Numbered from the stretch's first letter, positions 1-11,324 are shown. The stretch is 64,000 bases of DNA from Paramoeba atlantica (GCA_977017575.1 CDRNVI010000007.1:300102-364101); one strand, 5' to 3'. A program made the numbers and translations. The notes: generated from the letters alone by a model not told the origin.

Positions 1-204
1 CTAAAGTTGATGTCGAGCGGGTCGTACGACGTATGTTTCTGGCATTATTTCCCATCCCACTACTGGAGGGGGATGGATTATGTGAATGTCCATCACATGT
101 GCATGAAAATGCCGCTTTTGACACGTCATGAGTATACACTATCTTATTTATAAAACACCATCTTTGTACCCCTTCGTATCTAAAACCGTTCGTTCTCATT
201 GTCA

Positions 205-228
205 TTTTTCCTTTTTTCACCTTCTCAG
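205..228 (+). promoter_or_regulatory. polypyrimidine tract + AG, putative trans-splice acceptor for the NPC1-NTD gene
   Basis: tttttccttttttcaccttctcAG about 80 nt upstream of ATG 309; SL trans-splicing is inferred from the gene layout. Confidence 0.5.
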
Positions 229-308
229 GCATAAGTAGTCTGTTTAATGGGATCCGGGGGCTACAAATAGTCTGTTTCTGATATTCAATACCTTTGACAA
301 TTCTGAAA

Positions 309-1136
309 ATGTTCTCACCGATCGGCGTCACTGTAGCTTATGTGCTATTTCTCAACGGGGTGAGATTTCGGGGTGCATGCGTTATGCGACCACCCCCTTT
401 TGCTGATGGGCCTGTGCCTGGTGCGCACTACGCCCCGAACGCAAGCACGCTCACAGCTACGTGGAATATCACACAGGCATGTGACACGTTTCAGCAAGGC
501 CAGCAAGTATGCTGCAGTGAAGGCCAGTATCACGCTATGGCTACAAATTTTATTGTTTTACAAGCCACTCTGGCAGGCTGTGACGCTTGTTCCATTGCTA
601 TGAAGCGTATGTGGTGCAGCTTTACATGTTCCCCAAACCAGTCCGATTTTGTATCAATCCGTTCATACGTGCCCGACAGTGGTCCTGATCCTCGTGTCCA
701 ATCGGTATACTTGAACATAACAAGTAGCTTTGCCGAAAGATTCTGGATGTCGTGTCAAAATGCCGGCTTTCGTGGGACGGAAAGTTTTAAAAACATGTTT
801 TTGAATGGCGTTTCGGGCCTCTTGACGCTTATGGCAAGCAAAACACCTTCAACAGAGCCTCCCACAAGTCATCTTGTGCACTCCATACCGATCGATTATC
901 ATCCACACTCTAAAGCATTGAATGTAACACTTGCAGAAGATCAGTACAGCTGTAGTAAGTCAGTACCACCTCCGCAATATCCTATGCCACGAGCGATGGT
1001 TGGCTTAGTCTCGCTAGAAGCGTTTACTCTTATCATGTATTTTATTATTCTTGCTCTGTCTCTCTTGTTGGGTGTGCGTAACATGTACGCAGGCTCTTTA
1101 AAGGGACGATTGAGCCATTGGCTTTCTGAAATGTAA
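309..1136 (+). CDS. Niemann-Pick C1 N-terminal (sterol-binding) domain protein with Pro-rich linker and one TM helix
   Basis: Signal-like N-terminus; CCSEGQY...LAGCDACSIAMKRMWCSFTCSPNQSDFV matches the NPC1_N Cys pattern; PPPQYPMP linker then a hydrophobic helix. First ATG is 309 (ORF track starts at a TTG). Confidence 0.75.
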   Translation: MFSPIGVTVAYVLFLNGVRFRGACVMRPPPFADGPVPGAHYAPNASTLTATWNITQACDTFQQGQQVCCSEGQYHAMATNFIVLQATLAGCDACSIAMKRMWCSFTCSPNQSDFVSIRSYVPDSGPDPRVQSVYLNITSSFAERFWMSCQNAGFRGTESFKNMFLNGVSGLLTLMASKTPSTEPPTSHLVHSIPIDYHPHSKALNVTLAEDQYSCSKSVPPPQYPMPRAMVGLVSLEAFTLIMYFIILALSLLLGVRNMYAGSLKGRLSHWLSEM

Positions 1137-1474
1137 GGAGCGCGAAAGGCAAGAAACATTTCAAAGCGGTGTGCTAGGCTACATACGCACCCTTTTTGTC
1201 ATCATGCGTGCCGCAAAAAGCTTTGTAGTTAACTTAGAGTTGGTCACTAGTAGACGTACGGGAGTGCGCTACCCAAGTAAATTAATTTTTTCCGTACTTC
1301 ACTGTACAAGTCTCATCTTTTGGATAAGGCGATGATTTCCGTCGAGGTGTTTATATCACGTTCGATTTACTCCACTCACTGCATTTGTTGGCGTTCGTAG
1401 TAGAAGTCATATGGGCTCAATGCCGTGTTAGATACAAAAGCATTGTACGTTTGTTAAAAGAAAATTAAACTGAA

Positions 1475-3592
1475 ATGTGGAAAGGAATTATATGCTCTTT
1501 TGTTCGAAATGTGGAACTCTTTGGATACTACTTTCTATTCCATAATATTTCTAGAAGAAAAATCTGTGAAGTTATGAAGGCTCTCAGGCGAAAAACATAC
1601 CTGAAACCAGAATTTTGCGGCATCTTCCAAAGGCGTCTAGCAACATCGCAAAGCCATCATAGTGTCGCTATTAATCCTATACATTCAAATACAGACCGAC
1701 TGAAACAGTTTCAGCACATTTGGAAGTTATTTCCTGACGCTGCCTTGGATTCATGCGAGTCAACTTTGAGAGCTCCGCCAACTTGGCTTACGGAACTGTG
1801 CACTGACTTAAGTCTGCGTATTAACGAGGAAAATGACGAGTATCGTGCATCTCTCCTTGAAGAGGAATCCGAGTTTTCAGTACTTAGGCAAGCCTTAAAA
1901 GAACGGGGTAGAAATTTTACTGCCTTACAAAATCCTATGAAGATATGTCCAACGGCGTCACACCAGACTAATTCTACTAATTCTGATGATCTACAATCAC
2001 GAGATCGCAGCGAAACGTCATTGAAAAATACGACCTCGAGTACCAATGCTTCTTTTCAAGATAATCCTAGCGAAATATCGTTAATGAACTCTCAAGATTC
2101 ATACATTCTTGCCGACCCTTACTCGTATGTTCGCGTTGTCATCTATCCTGAAGACAACTATTCCATAGGCCCCTATGAGTTTCCTCGCCCTGGAGCGTAC
2201 CCTGATCCTGAGGTACGCCAAGCCTTATCTCTGAACGATGAAAATCATGTCTATGTATGCATCGGGGAGGCATACTGCTTCCCTCACCGTTCCCAACTAC
2301 CGACATCGCGGGGAACAGAGCCATCAAAGCTGTATGTCGATCCGACATCGCGTACTCCTACTTTGTTTCTCCAGCTTTCTCCCTATTTTCCTCCTGCAAC
2401 TTGGATACCCATGCGACCCTCTGCCGCAGTGGTTCGTCGCGTGCTTTCAGAATTCGCTCAGTTCGCTGTGTACCATCGCGATTTGCATCACACCGACTAC
2501 GTGAGGAAATGGGAACTGGCCAAAACGGTCCTTTCGAAGCAAAATATGCCTTCAGATGATGGAAGCGTTATGCGATATCTAGGATGGTCGGCTCGACTTC
2601 TTCTAATGCATCAGGCCCCACTCCGAGAATACCCAAACACGCAAGACTTTTTTATCGGTGAATATGAAAGACCTGAGGAAATTCTTGAGTACATAGAAAA
2701 TTGTCCGTTCCTGTTTGCTATTCCGGAAATGCGAACAAGCTCAATGGCATTATACAGCCGCGCAGACGGCCCCGGTATCGCAATGTCCGCTTTCCGATGC
2801 ATATATTCAAAATCAGTACTTTGGGTTAAAGTGCATCACAGCACGGAAGTGAAACTACCTCCCGCTGAGCCAATGCAATTCAAATACTTATGGCAGGAAA
2901 AGCGAGATCTTCCCGAAACCCTTACACCAGTATTCATTCGCATTGTCTGGCCGGATAACACTCGCATGTGCGGGGGTGGAGGTCTGATTCCACGCTTCAA
3001 CCAATTATTTGAAACCGAATTTGCTCGCGATATTCCCATCGATGCGGTTCTTGCGTTGCACTATATCGCCTCGTGGGCCAAGCGATCAAAGGATCTCGTG
3101 GGTGTTCTGGGGATGCGCAAACGGGTGGAGGCACTAGAGGCAGCTGTTCTAGAGCAACCTCAGCCCATCCTACCCGATTTCGGGGCGTATCCATCTACTC
3201 GAGAAATCCCTTCTCCGATGTATACGAACAAGGAACGACTTGCCATGCATATCCAATATCTGGCTCACTTAGGCGATCCTAATATTGAGAAAGTTATTCG
3301 GCGATGGATGAGGCATGACAGTGGGTCTATTCGCTTCGGCTGTGCGAAGGCCTCACTGGAACGAAATCATCGTGAATTATTCAAAGAAATTGTCCGGAAC
3401 GAGTTACCGGGGGAATATCAGCGCATGATGTTGCGCTGTATTCGCCTCAGAAAGAAACGCGATTATACCGACGCTGTCCAGAAGCTCAAGGAAGAAGACT
3501 TTGACCTACCTCCTCATGAAATCAATCATGCTGTTAAAAAGAAGGAAGGAAATCAACTTGAGCAAAATTTGCGGATGGAAGATTACCCTTGA
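1475..3592 (+). CDS. hypothetical protein, 705 aa, possibly mitochondrial
   Basis: Long ORF; basic, Ser/Arg-rich N-terminus from the second Met resembles a transit peptide; helical C-terminus; family not recognised. Confidence 0.7.
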   Translation: MWKGIICSFVRNVELFGYYFLFHNISRRKICEVMKALRRKTYLKPEFCGIFQRRLATSQSHHSVAINPIHSNTDRLKQFQHIWKLFPDAALDSCESTLRAPPTWLTELCTDLSLRINEENDEYRASLLEEESEFSVLRQALKERGRNFTALQNPMKICPTASHQTNSTNSDDLQSRDRSETSLKNTTSSTNASFQDNPSEISLMNSQDSYILADPYSYVRVVIYPEDNYSIGPYEFPRPGAYPDPEVRQALSLNDENHVYVCIGEAYCFPHRSQLPTSRGTEPSKLYVDPTSRTPTLFLQLSPYFPPATWIPMRPSAAVVRRVLSEFAQFAVYHRDLHHTDYVRKWELAKTVLSKQNMPSDDGSVMRYLGWSARLLLMHQAPLREYPNTQDFFIGEYERPEEILEYIENCPFLFAIPEMRTSSMALYSRADGPGIAMSAFRCIYSKSVLWVKVHHSTEVKLPPAEPMQFKYLWQEKRDLPETLTPVFIRIVWPDNTRMCGGGGLIPRFNQLFETEFARDIPIDAVLALHYIASWAKRSKDLVGVLGMRKRVEALEAAVLEQPQPILPDFGAYPSTREIPSPMYTNKERLAMHIQYLAHLGDPNIEKVIRRWMRHDSGSIRFGCAKASLERNHRELFKEIVRNELPGEYQRMMLRCIRLRKKRDYTDAVQKLKEEDFDLPPHEINHAVKKKEGNQLEQNLRMEDYP

Positions 3593-3751
3593 TCATAGAG
3601 ACGCACATGTAAATCTGGTGTTGGATGTAGGCATACTTTAGAAAATATTTTTCCACTGTTCTACAGAAAATTTATTTTGTGCGAAGTGCAGCAATCGAAC
3701 TTTATACGAAAGAGAAACTCAACCTTTTTTTATAACTATCTTATCCTGGAA

Positions 3752-6700
3752 ATGAGCTCCAAATCTATTGCAGTGACATCATGCATTCCTTCGCTGGCGG
3801 AATCATTGGCGTTATTCTCTGAAGATGTATCCGGATCTGATATCATAGCCGCACGAATATGGGCATTAGCACCGGATAGCGGCGACTACTTAGAGGTCGA
3901 CAAAATCGCGTCGTCTACAGTCAAGAAATTGTGCTCCACGCTTGAAGAGAGTCGATTGCCAACGAACTCTTTGGTCAAGACAGTATCCTGGAACACAATG
4001 ACGTCACTTACTAGCTTACTGCTAGCAATTGTTTCACGCTTCAATGTGGACTGTCAAGATTTCTTCCTCATGATGAAAACAGGTATCCGTCTAATCATGC
4101 TTTTTGCTGGTCAAGTAGAGGCACGCGAATTCCAGGTGATCCTTATGCTCTGCGTAGCTAAGTTTATGCGACGCGCTTCTGAAGCCTTCCAAAAAGTGGA
4201 AGGAGCGATTCTCCTCATTGATTTTTCGCCGAATTCTCTACATCGTACGACATTTTTTCAAATTCTATCCGAAGGCTTTAAGGATCTTTCTGGATTATGT
4301 CTCCCTTCGGACGCACTCAAGGCTGTTCATGGGTACCTCTCGATTTTGATCATGGAAGCTTCATGTCTTACACGTGCGCAATCTCCCGAGGACGATAACC
4401 ATTTGGATATGATGCTATCGGCTGTCAACCCATATGCTCCTCGCTGCACTGAACTTCCTGATATAGTCCAGTGCAGTGCATTCGAGCATCTTATGTACAT
4501 GATTCAGTCTAGCCTAGGCAGTAAGTTATCACGCGAGCTTTTATCAGAGTACGTACATTCTCTGTTGTGTGACTTCGTTGTAAACATGAGCCCCGTACTA
4601 CAACGGTGCTGTCAGATTGACCGAAAACTGGAGACCGAACTTGAATCCTCCGACTTGAATGTCGCATATAATGGAGTCAAGAACAACGTTCAAATAGATT
4701 ATTCTCCCAAGAGACTTGATGTGCAAGATACAACTGTACACACAGATGTTCTTACGAAATCGCACAGTGGATATCACTTTCGGTTAGTGCCATGCCTTCT
4801 CGAGTTGTGCGCAGTTGTATTAAAAGACATTAAGGCCTCAAGCACTTATCCAGCTAATGGTCTTTGTCTAAAGAGCAACCAGTCGCATCTTAACTTCTTC
4901 GTTAGGAAATTCGGTCCCCTCTTCTTCCAAGAATGTGTACAGACTTCGCATTCACTTCTTCAAAACCTCTATTTACTCCGTACAGTTTCCCTGTACTTGC
5001 GCGTCATACGATTTATGATCAGAGATCAAGAAAGTGCTCAAGACGTCGTATCTTACCTTGCTGAGCAGGATTTGTTTCCTGATATGCAATTAACGAATCT
5101 ACTATCTACGACAACAAACATCGTGCAAAGCCAGTTTTCAAACAGCAAAAAGGATTCTAGAAGCTCGCGAAAGGGCAGCGCACGGGGAAACGCTTCCGTT
5201 GGTAACCCTGATATGCTCGTTCAAGACGATTTTATTTCAGAAGTCCTAAGTCTGTACGAGGCCTTGTATTTTTTCTTAGACGAAGAAAGTGATGAGTATA
5301 AGGCGTTCCATTCTTCTGATATTTTAGGAGTTGCTTTTGAAATAGTATGCAGTCCGGCAAATCCTCAAATTATATCCCATGCATTCCTGCTAATTGGTTC
5401 TGCAGCCACTCGTGAGTCATTACTGGAATTCGTACTAAGCACTATTACCCGCGTTGGTACCTTGGCACCAATGAACGGCACGAAGTTGCTGCATCCAAAC
5501 CACAGGGCAGGGGAATATTTTCACGAGATTGACATGCGTTCTATTCTCAAATTTGAGCACGGGACTTCGTTCTACCCTAAAACTCTTGGATACATTGTGG
5601 TATTGCACTCCATTTTATCAAGTGCGGGTGTTCGGAGCTCTGAAACTGTGGAGGCCACGGATGCTCCTACACGACACAGCTTTCTTGGTTCAAGACCTCG
5701 AAACAAGATAATAATCGAGGAACGTCAACTTAAGCCATTTTTAGATTTTACGGTAGAAACCCTTCTTCTTGTAGGGTACGCAAAAAACGCAGATGAGTCA
5801 CAGCGTTGGTGCATTGTTGCTACAGGTCTTCAGATTCTGTTGACAAGCACAGTTTTGTCTTTGTTAAAACTAAATCAAATAGTTGCGGTAGTCGCGCTTG
5901 TAGAGAATATAATGGAATCCTTGGGAGAGAACTTGTCATCTGCGGATTACCTTCCACAATCGTTTTCTACTGCTGTATCGTCGATGGTGCATTGGCTTTT
6001 TGTCATCTCATTCCATGCACCTTTATCCGGATCTCAAATGGAAGAAGTTTCTCGACGAGTTTGTCGAAATTCTCAATTAATATATTCCGTTATACGAAAT
6101 CTGCGCTTTGAGGACACTTCTGTTCGTTGTATGTCACTGATTTTTCTTTGCGAAATTTGGGTCCACTATGGTATGGTAGGATCACTAGCCCGAGATTTGT
6201 GCGCTCAAGGAAAGGACGCCGTTGCATGCGAAGATTTCTCTTTTGTCTTTTCGTGCATGAGCAGTTCTTCGTTGGTCTTTGAGCCAGGGAAGGTCTTCCT
6301 GTGGAATCCTCGGTTGTGGCTGAATACGCTTGATTGGATGTGTGGATCACAGTCCAACGCACGGTTTGGTAAACTTGGGGGAAAAATGTTTTCGATTGAT
6401 CAACTTGAAGAGTGCATGTTGTGGGGTATGAAAAGTCTTTTGCTCCAGCATATAATTCAGTTGATACATCTTCCCCTTCCGTCAATGAGTTCTATAATTC
6501 TGGGATTAGCTGCGAGTTCCACAAAGTCTACAGTTTCAAGAGGAAGTCTCTTACTTTTGATAGAAGACGCACAATCAGTTCAAATCGCTTTAGATCAGCC
6601 TCTCTATCATAGCTTGTGTCTTGAATGTCTAGCAACGCTGTTGTCCTATACGCATATCGTATCAGATTTTCTCTTGCAGCAAACTAGAGACCCGTTTATT

Positions 6701-8860
6701 CGCATAGCAGGAATGGTAATGGAGCATTTCAGCAGTCTGCGGTGGAATCAAGTAGGATGGGCGATGCATTGCACAGCTACTTGTATACGCATGGGATACT
6801 TATTGACGGAAAATCTTCCAGATCTTTCTAATTGGCTACCTCTCTCCATCGAAATGTTACCTGAGACTAAATCGTTGCCCAATTTTTCGGAATATCCACG
6901 CAAAAATTTTCTTACTGGAACAGTTGAGCATGATTTAGATATTTATGGAGCCAGGGCTTTAGCTGGTGATGACTACGAATCCTACCTGCGAGAGCTATCT
7001 ATTGAAAACAAAAACATGTTTCTTCAATACGAAATACTTGCATTTTGCCAAGGATGGGCAGATGTGACGCTTGCATACAGTTCGTCTGCAGTTGAGGATA
7101 CTTTAATTTGCCACTTCTTTAAGAGCAGTATTGTGCAGGTCTTCATTGTTGTCGAAAAGGTTAGAGGCTACATAAAAGACAAACAGGCAATGGAGAAGAC
7201 CGTTCTAGACCTTCTAACTAGTGCGAATGTTATGCTCGACTTTCTGTTTTCGCACGATGCCCTGCACTCCGTGGACGATGATTTTCAGGTGGCCATTTGC
7301 AAGTCGCTGGTGGAAGCAGTAATTTCTTTTGCTGAGTTTACATCATACTTCCACGTACTGAGCATGTTTTCAACACTCCTAAGTACAGGATTGACTCATA
7401 ATCAATGCAAAATCTTGAAATACCAAGCTTCAATTATCGTGTCACACCTTGTCAAGGGCTGTCTATGCACTTTAAGCGGAGAGGATCTTCCTTTCCCCGA
7501 GCAGAGCATCATAATTATGACGCAGTTGATCTCCCACCCGACCCTTGCGGAATCGTACATAGAAGCATTGGACGGTACCATGCTAACTTCTCCCTTGACT
7601 ACACTGTTTACGCACGGTTGGGCCAAATTAAATGTAGAGCTCTACAATCTTTTAACCAGTGAAAGCGAGGCCAAGTGGCGCGATAGTGGATATACACGAA
7701 TAGCAGAGCGCTTCTCCGAACTGTTTTCCCTACAATTAATGTTCAGCGGAACGGACAGCAAATGTCCGAAATTGATATACCGCGTGCTAGACGCCATGCA
7801 GCAAATTCGTACATCTCATCTTATCAAAGGAATGGCTACCATCGAAACTGTACAGCTTCTTGGTTCTACTCCTCAACGTGTTGAAGGAACATGCGCACTA
7901 TTTTCTCCATTGTTGGAGCTTATGTGCACAATGTTAAGCGAGTTTCACGTGCAAGAGCAATGGTCGAATATCGTCACAACTGCAGAGACAATTTCTTCAA
8001 TCATGCCCCTGTTAAGCAGTGGCTGTGTTCGCTGTTCTTCCGACCTCCTTGAGTTTTTGGGACCTGGATCAAGGAATGCCGCAACAGTAGCTCTGTCCGT
8101 GCAACACTGTCATATAGGTTGTGATCTCAACAGCATTGTCATTCCGGAGGATGGCACACCATCCACTGCCATTGAGCTCTCCTTGACTAGAAGAGTAGGA
8201 TTTTTAGAACGTGTAACCCGTCTTATTTATCTACTATCGCTTACTGAGCCCTTGCAAGATGCAAGTGATTCAATACTTCCTGTTTTTGACATGCGGGCTA
8301 TTTTCGAGTCCCTTCTATCCGCACCACTCCTTTTTGAATGTGTTCCCTGGCACGTCAGCAACATTTTACGCAATTTGTGTGGAATATGCGCTCGGGCTAG
8401 CAATCTGTTTTCTGAGCCAGCCTCTCGCTATATTCCCCTAGGGGAACAGTTGATAGTGCCGCTGTTGAACTGCGTGCAGAAGATAGCCGATTGGGTGCCT
8501 GAACTGCAATTCGCTGTTCAAGAAAGAAAGTCTTTGAAGAATGATGATCCTCCACATTTTCGTGAGAACGATCTTGAATCTCCTCTCTTGATAGCTGTGT
8601 GTTGCTCTGAAATAGCTGTAAGTGTTATTTTACGTGAGATGCACGAAGTTTCGTCTCAAAGTGAACGTGCAAATGAAGCTACATCTTTGGCAGATTCGAA
8701 CAGAGGTAGTAGTGGCGGCTCTATTATGCAAAAACAACTCCGAGCACACTGCTCTACGTTACTCCATCATATCGAAAAGATTAGCGCAACTATTTCATAT
8801 TCCCCAGCATATGAAATTAGTCAACATACAGCGATCTTGAAATGTGCACTAAAATGCTGA
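3752..8860 (+). CDS. large Leu-rich alpha-helical (solenoid-like) protein, possibly a Nup188/Nup205-class scaffold nucleoporin
   Basis: ~1700-aa uninterrupted ORF of amphipathic helices with no catalytic motif; the CDS is secure but the nucleoporin call rests only on size and composition. Confidence 0.6.
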   Translation: MSSKSIAVTSCIPSLAESLALFSEDVSGSDIIAARIWALAPDSGDYLEVDKIASSTVKKLCSTLEESRLPTNSLVKTVSWNTMTSLTSLLLAIVSRFNVDCQDFFLMMKTGIRLIMLFAGQVEAREFQVILMLCVAKFMRRASEAFQKVEGAILLIDFSPNSLHRTTFFQILSEGFKDLSGLCLPSDALKAVHGYLSILIMEASCLTRAQSPEDDNHLDMMLSAVNPYAPRCTELPDIVQCSAFEHLMYMIQSSLGSKLSRELLSEYVHSLLCDFVVNMSPVLQRCCQIDRKLETELESSDLNVAYNGVKNNVQIDYSPKRLDVQDTTVHTDVLTKSHSGYHFRLVPCLLELCAVVLKDIKASSTYPANGLCLKSNQSHLNFFVRKFGPLFFQECVQTSHSLLQNLYLLRTVSLYLRVIRFMIRDQESAQDVVSYLAEQDLFPDMQLTNLLSTTTNIVQSQFSNSKKDSRSSRKGSARGNASVGNPDMLVQDDFISEVLSLYEALYFFLDEESDEYKAFHSSDILGVAFEIVCSPANPQIISHAFLLIGSAATRESLLEFVLSTITRVGTLAPMNGTKLLHPNHRAGEYFHEIDMRSILKFEHGTSFYPKTLGYIVVLHSILSSAGVRSSETVEATDAPTRHSFLGSRPRNKIIIEERQLKPFLDFTVETLLLVGYAKNADESQRWCIVATGLQILLTSTVLSLLKLNQIVAVVALVENIMESLGENLSSADYLPQSFSTAVSSMVHWLFVISFHAPLSGSQMEEVSRRVCRNSQLIYSVIRNLRFEDTSVRCMSLIFLCEIWVHYGMVGSLARDLCAQGKDAVACEDFSFVFSCMSSSSLVFEPGKVFLWNPRLWLNTLDWMCGSQSNARFGKLGGKMFSIDQLEECMLWGMKSLLLQHIIQLIHLPLPSMSSIILGLAASSTKSTVSRGSLLLLIEDAQSVQIALDQPLYHSLCLECLATLLSYTHIVSDFLLQQTRDPFIRIAGMVMEHFSSLRWNQVGWAMHCTATCIRMGYLLTENLPDLSNWLPLSIEMLPETKSLPNFSEYPRKNFLTGTVEHDLDIYGARALAGDDYESYLRELSIENKNMFLQYEILAFCQGWADVTLAYSSSAVEDTLICHFFKSSIVQVFIVVEKVRGYIKDKQAMEKTVLDLLTSANVMLDFLFSHDALHSVDDDFQVAICKSLVEAVISFAEFTSYFHVLSMFSTLLSTGLTHNQCKILKYQASIIVSHLVKGCLCTLSGEDLPFPEQSIIIMTQLISHPTLAESYIEALDGTMLTSPLTTLFTHGWAKLNVELYNLLTSESEAKWRDSGYTRIAERFSELFSLQLMFSGTDSKCPKLIYRVLDAMQQIRTSHLIKGMATIETVQLLGSTPQRVEGTCALFSPLLELMCTMLSEFHVQEQWSNIVTTAETISSIMPLLSSGCVRCSSDLLEFLGPGSRNAATVALSVQHCHIGCDLNSIVIPEDGTPSTAIELSLTRRVGFLERVTRLIYLLSLTEPLQDASDSILPVFDMRAIFESLLSAPLLFECVPWHVSNILRNLCGICARASNLFSEPASRYIPLGEQLIVPLLNCVQKIADWVPELQFAVQERKSLKNDDPPHFRENDLESPLLIAVCCSEIAVSVILREMHEVSSQSERANEATSLADSNRGSSGGSIMQKQLRAHCSTLLHHIEKISATISYSPAYEISQHTAILKCALKC

Positions 8861-9251
8861 ATCGTAGTAAAGTTATAAAAAAAGCATTTTGGAATTTCTT
8901 TTCTGCCTTTTAGTTAGCTCCAAAACGGAATGGTGCTTTTGTTTTCAAGTTCAAAGCGAAAAACAAGTATGTGTATTTTAATCCCAATGAAATGCGCGCA
9001 AAATATGGTGCACATTATACTAAATATGGATTCATGTTGCAAAATATAATGGATGTCGATTCGATTTTGAACAGTAGTCAGACTTACATGCATGAAAGTG
9101 GTCAGAATGATAAATTGAATTATAAACATGAAAAGAATTATTACATGAAAAGAGTCACGAAAAAATGTAGCTGTTGTTTCATCTATCTTTTATGCTAAAA
9201 GAAATTTTTTTAAACTCTACTTGATATTTTGCTCGTGACAGAAGGCATAAA

Positions 9252-9707
9252 ATGAAATCCCTGACCCTGCTGAAGTGTCGTTACAAACCCCTTTCTCCTT
9301 TAGGAGCTTTCGAATTCTCATCAGTGTCTTCTGTGCACCTCTTAGCGAGACGGTCGATCGTACACTCGTACACGGCATCCGATCCTGATCCTTTTGAACT
9401 CAGCAAAAATGAGATAGTTGTCCTTGACTTTAGTGCTCAGTGGTGCGGGCCTTGTAAGGCAGTGGTTCCGCAGTATAAAATTTTGAGCGAGCAATATCCT
9501 ATGGCGAAGTTCTACTCTGCCGACGTCGACTCGAATTCCATTATTGCAAAGAAATTCTCCGTGCGAGCCGTTCCAACGTTTGTCGTTCTTCACAAAGAAA
9601 AGATTGTGGAACGTATTGAAGGGGCCGCAATTACTGCTGTAAAAGATGCTCTCGACAAGCTCACTCAAACTTCAACTGAGAAAGATGGAAATTCCCAACC
9701 AAACTAA
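9252..9707 (+). CDS. TRX: thioredoxin with N-terminal extension (possible mitochondrial presequence)
   Basis: VVLDFSAQWCGPCK active site and AVPTF cis-Pro motif. Confidence 0.92.
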   Translation: MKSLTLLKCRYKPLSPLGAFEFSSVSSVHLLARRSIVHSYTASDPDPFELSKNEIVVLDFSAQWCGPCKAVVPQYKILSEQYPMAKFYSADVDSNSIIAKKFSVRAVPTFVVLHKEKIVERIEGAAITAVKDALDKLTQTSTEKDGNSQPN

Positions 9708-10130
9708 TCAGTCGATTTACACTAGGCATGGAATATTGCACAGCTTTTGTGTACTTTTTCATCATGAGACTATTTGATCACCTAAACAGTTTTGCTAAGT
9801 ATTAGCTTACAATACATTATTTTGCTTCATATCACCACGCAAATATTTTTTCTCCTGCATTTTTCATTTAGAACTTTAGTAACTGTAGACGCGCCAACTT
9901 ATGTGACATAAGTACCGTGATGTGGGCAAAATCCTATCAATCAGGTGTCAGCGTGCTACACATATGAATTTTTTTCTACACAGAACACCCCAGTCAGTAG
10001 TTTCCACATACATGCACATGGAATATTTTTTTTCTGACATGGACATGAAGGATCTTATTTTCCTATCCCCATATTAGTTTCTCACCACATTCGCTTATTG
10101 ACTGTTAAGTCTGGTCAATAATGTTAATAT

Positions 10131-10153
10131 CCTTTTTCTATTACTTTCCCCAG
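10131..10153 (+). promoter_or_regulatory. polypyrimidine tract + AG, putative trans-splice acceptor
   Basis: cctttttctattactttccccAG upstream of ATG 10239. Confidence 0.45.
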
Positions 10154-10238
10154 TGATGTGTTGTCAGGTACCACCTATTCATATTTCAGTGTCTTCACAA
10201 AATTAGAGCACTGTTTCTCCACAGCTACATTACGCCCA

Positions 10239-11324
10239 ATGGCGGATATCATTGTTCCTTCGGGATTTTCTTCACCAGATATTGGAATACTAAGAGCTCA
10301 ATGGCTAACCGGATGTCGTGACAAACGAAGAGAGCTCGCAAGACTCTACCCGGACCCTTTTCTTGATCCCACTTTCTTGGATTCGTTGCGACGAGGTCTT
10401 GTCGAAAAAGGGGAGATGCCACGGTCCTACCTCGACAATCAGTACCACCCTTTAGGAGGTCCGTCACGGGCGGCTGCCTCTGCGTTGTTACGAGAGAATT
10501 CTCGACGGAATAATTTCTCGACAAACGCAATCAAAACAGAAGATGCGATGGCTCCGTCGAGCGGGTGGTCACTCGCCTCTCTGGCCACGGAACCTTTTTA
10601 CAAGGCAACGACAGAATCCAGGTCATCCACCAAAAAACTTAATTCTAGCGTACATACTGGATGTACTACTCAGGCAAGATCGGACTCTGTTCGTAATTCG
10701 CTTACGACCACTGCCCTTCCTCAAGCACACTACCGTATGTCACTCGAAATCGTTAACACTCCCGCACAGTGCAACGATGTCGTGGAGCTATACAGCACGC
10801 ATTTTCAAGATCCGGATCCAGCAACCTTTCGCAAAGTTGTTCGACCGAATTCCAACCGTTCTACTCGGACGCGAACCGTTTTCGCCGGTCCTTTTCACTG
10901 GATCTTGCGTCAAAAGGAGTCACAAGCGGTCATATGTGCGGCGAGCGGGCAAATTCACCGCTCCATGGCTTCCAATTTGCGTTTCATGGAGATTCAGTTT
11001 TTTTGTACCAGTCGTTCCTTCAAAGGGCAAGGTATGGCAAGGTTCTTTAATGCACTCTTACAAAATCACGCTCGTGAAGTAGGGTGCACTTTTGTACTCG
11101 TATGCGCCTCGCTAAATGCCGTTGAGTTTTGGCTTACACCCTCAATTAACTATAGGCGCATTGGGTCTGACCTAAAGGCCCGTGTGGAGCAATACTACAG
11201 GGAGAGCTGTCTCCAGTTCATTAACACAGAGCTTCTGGTATGGAAAGTAGTTCCTGAGACGTCTATACTTGTTGCGAAGGCTATGCAACGATTGCCTCCT
11301 GGGGTAAAGTTTGGGTTGCCTTGA
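10239..11324 (+). CDS. GNAT-family acetyltransferase (C-terminal GCN5/IDM1-like domain)
   Basis: FMEIQFFCTSRSFKGQGMARFF (acetyl-CoA motif A) and VLVCASLNAVEFW (motif B). Confidence 0.75.
   Translation: MADIIVPSGFSSPDIGILRAQWLTGCRDKRRELARLYPDPFLDPTFLDSLRRGLVEKGEMPRSYLDNQYHPLGGPSRAAASALLRENSRRNNFSTNAIKTEDAMAPSSGWSLASLATEPFYKATTESRSSTKKLNSSVHTGCTTQARSDSVRNSLTTTALPQAHYRMSLEIVNTPAQCNDVVELYSTHFQDPDPATFRKVVRPNSNRSTRTRTVFAGPFHWILRQKESQAVICAASGQIHRSMASNLRFMEIQFFCTSRSFKGQGMARFFNALLQNHAREVGCTFVLVCASLNAVEFWLTPSINYRRIGSDLKARVEQYYRESCLQFINTELLVWKVVPETSILVAKAMQRLPPGVKFGLP

Noticed and set aside
8971-9198. 75-aa ORF ending in a Cys-rich tail
   Set aside because: AT-rich intergenic composition and no recognisable domain; cannot be supported without expression data
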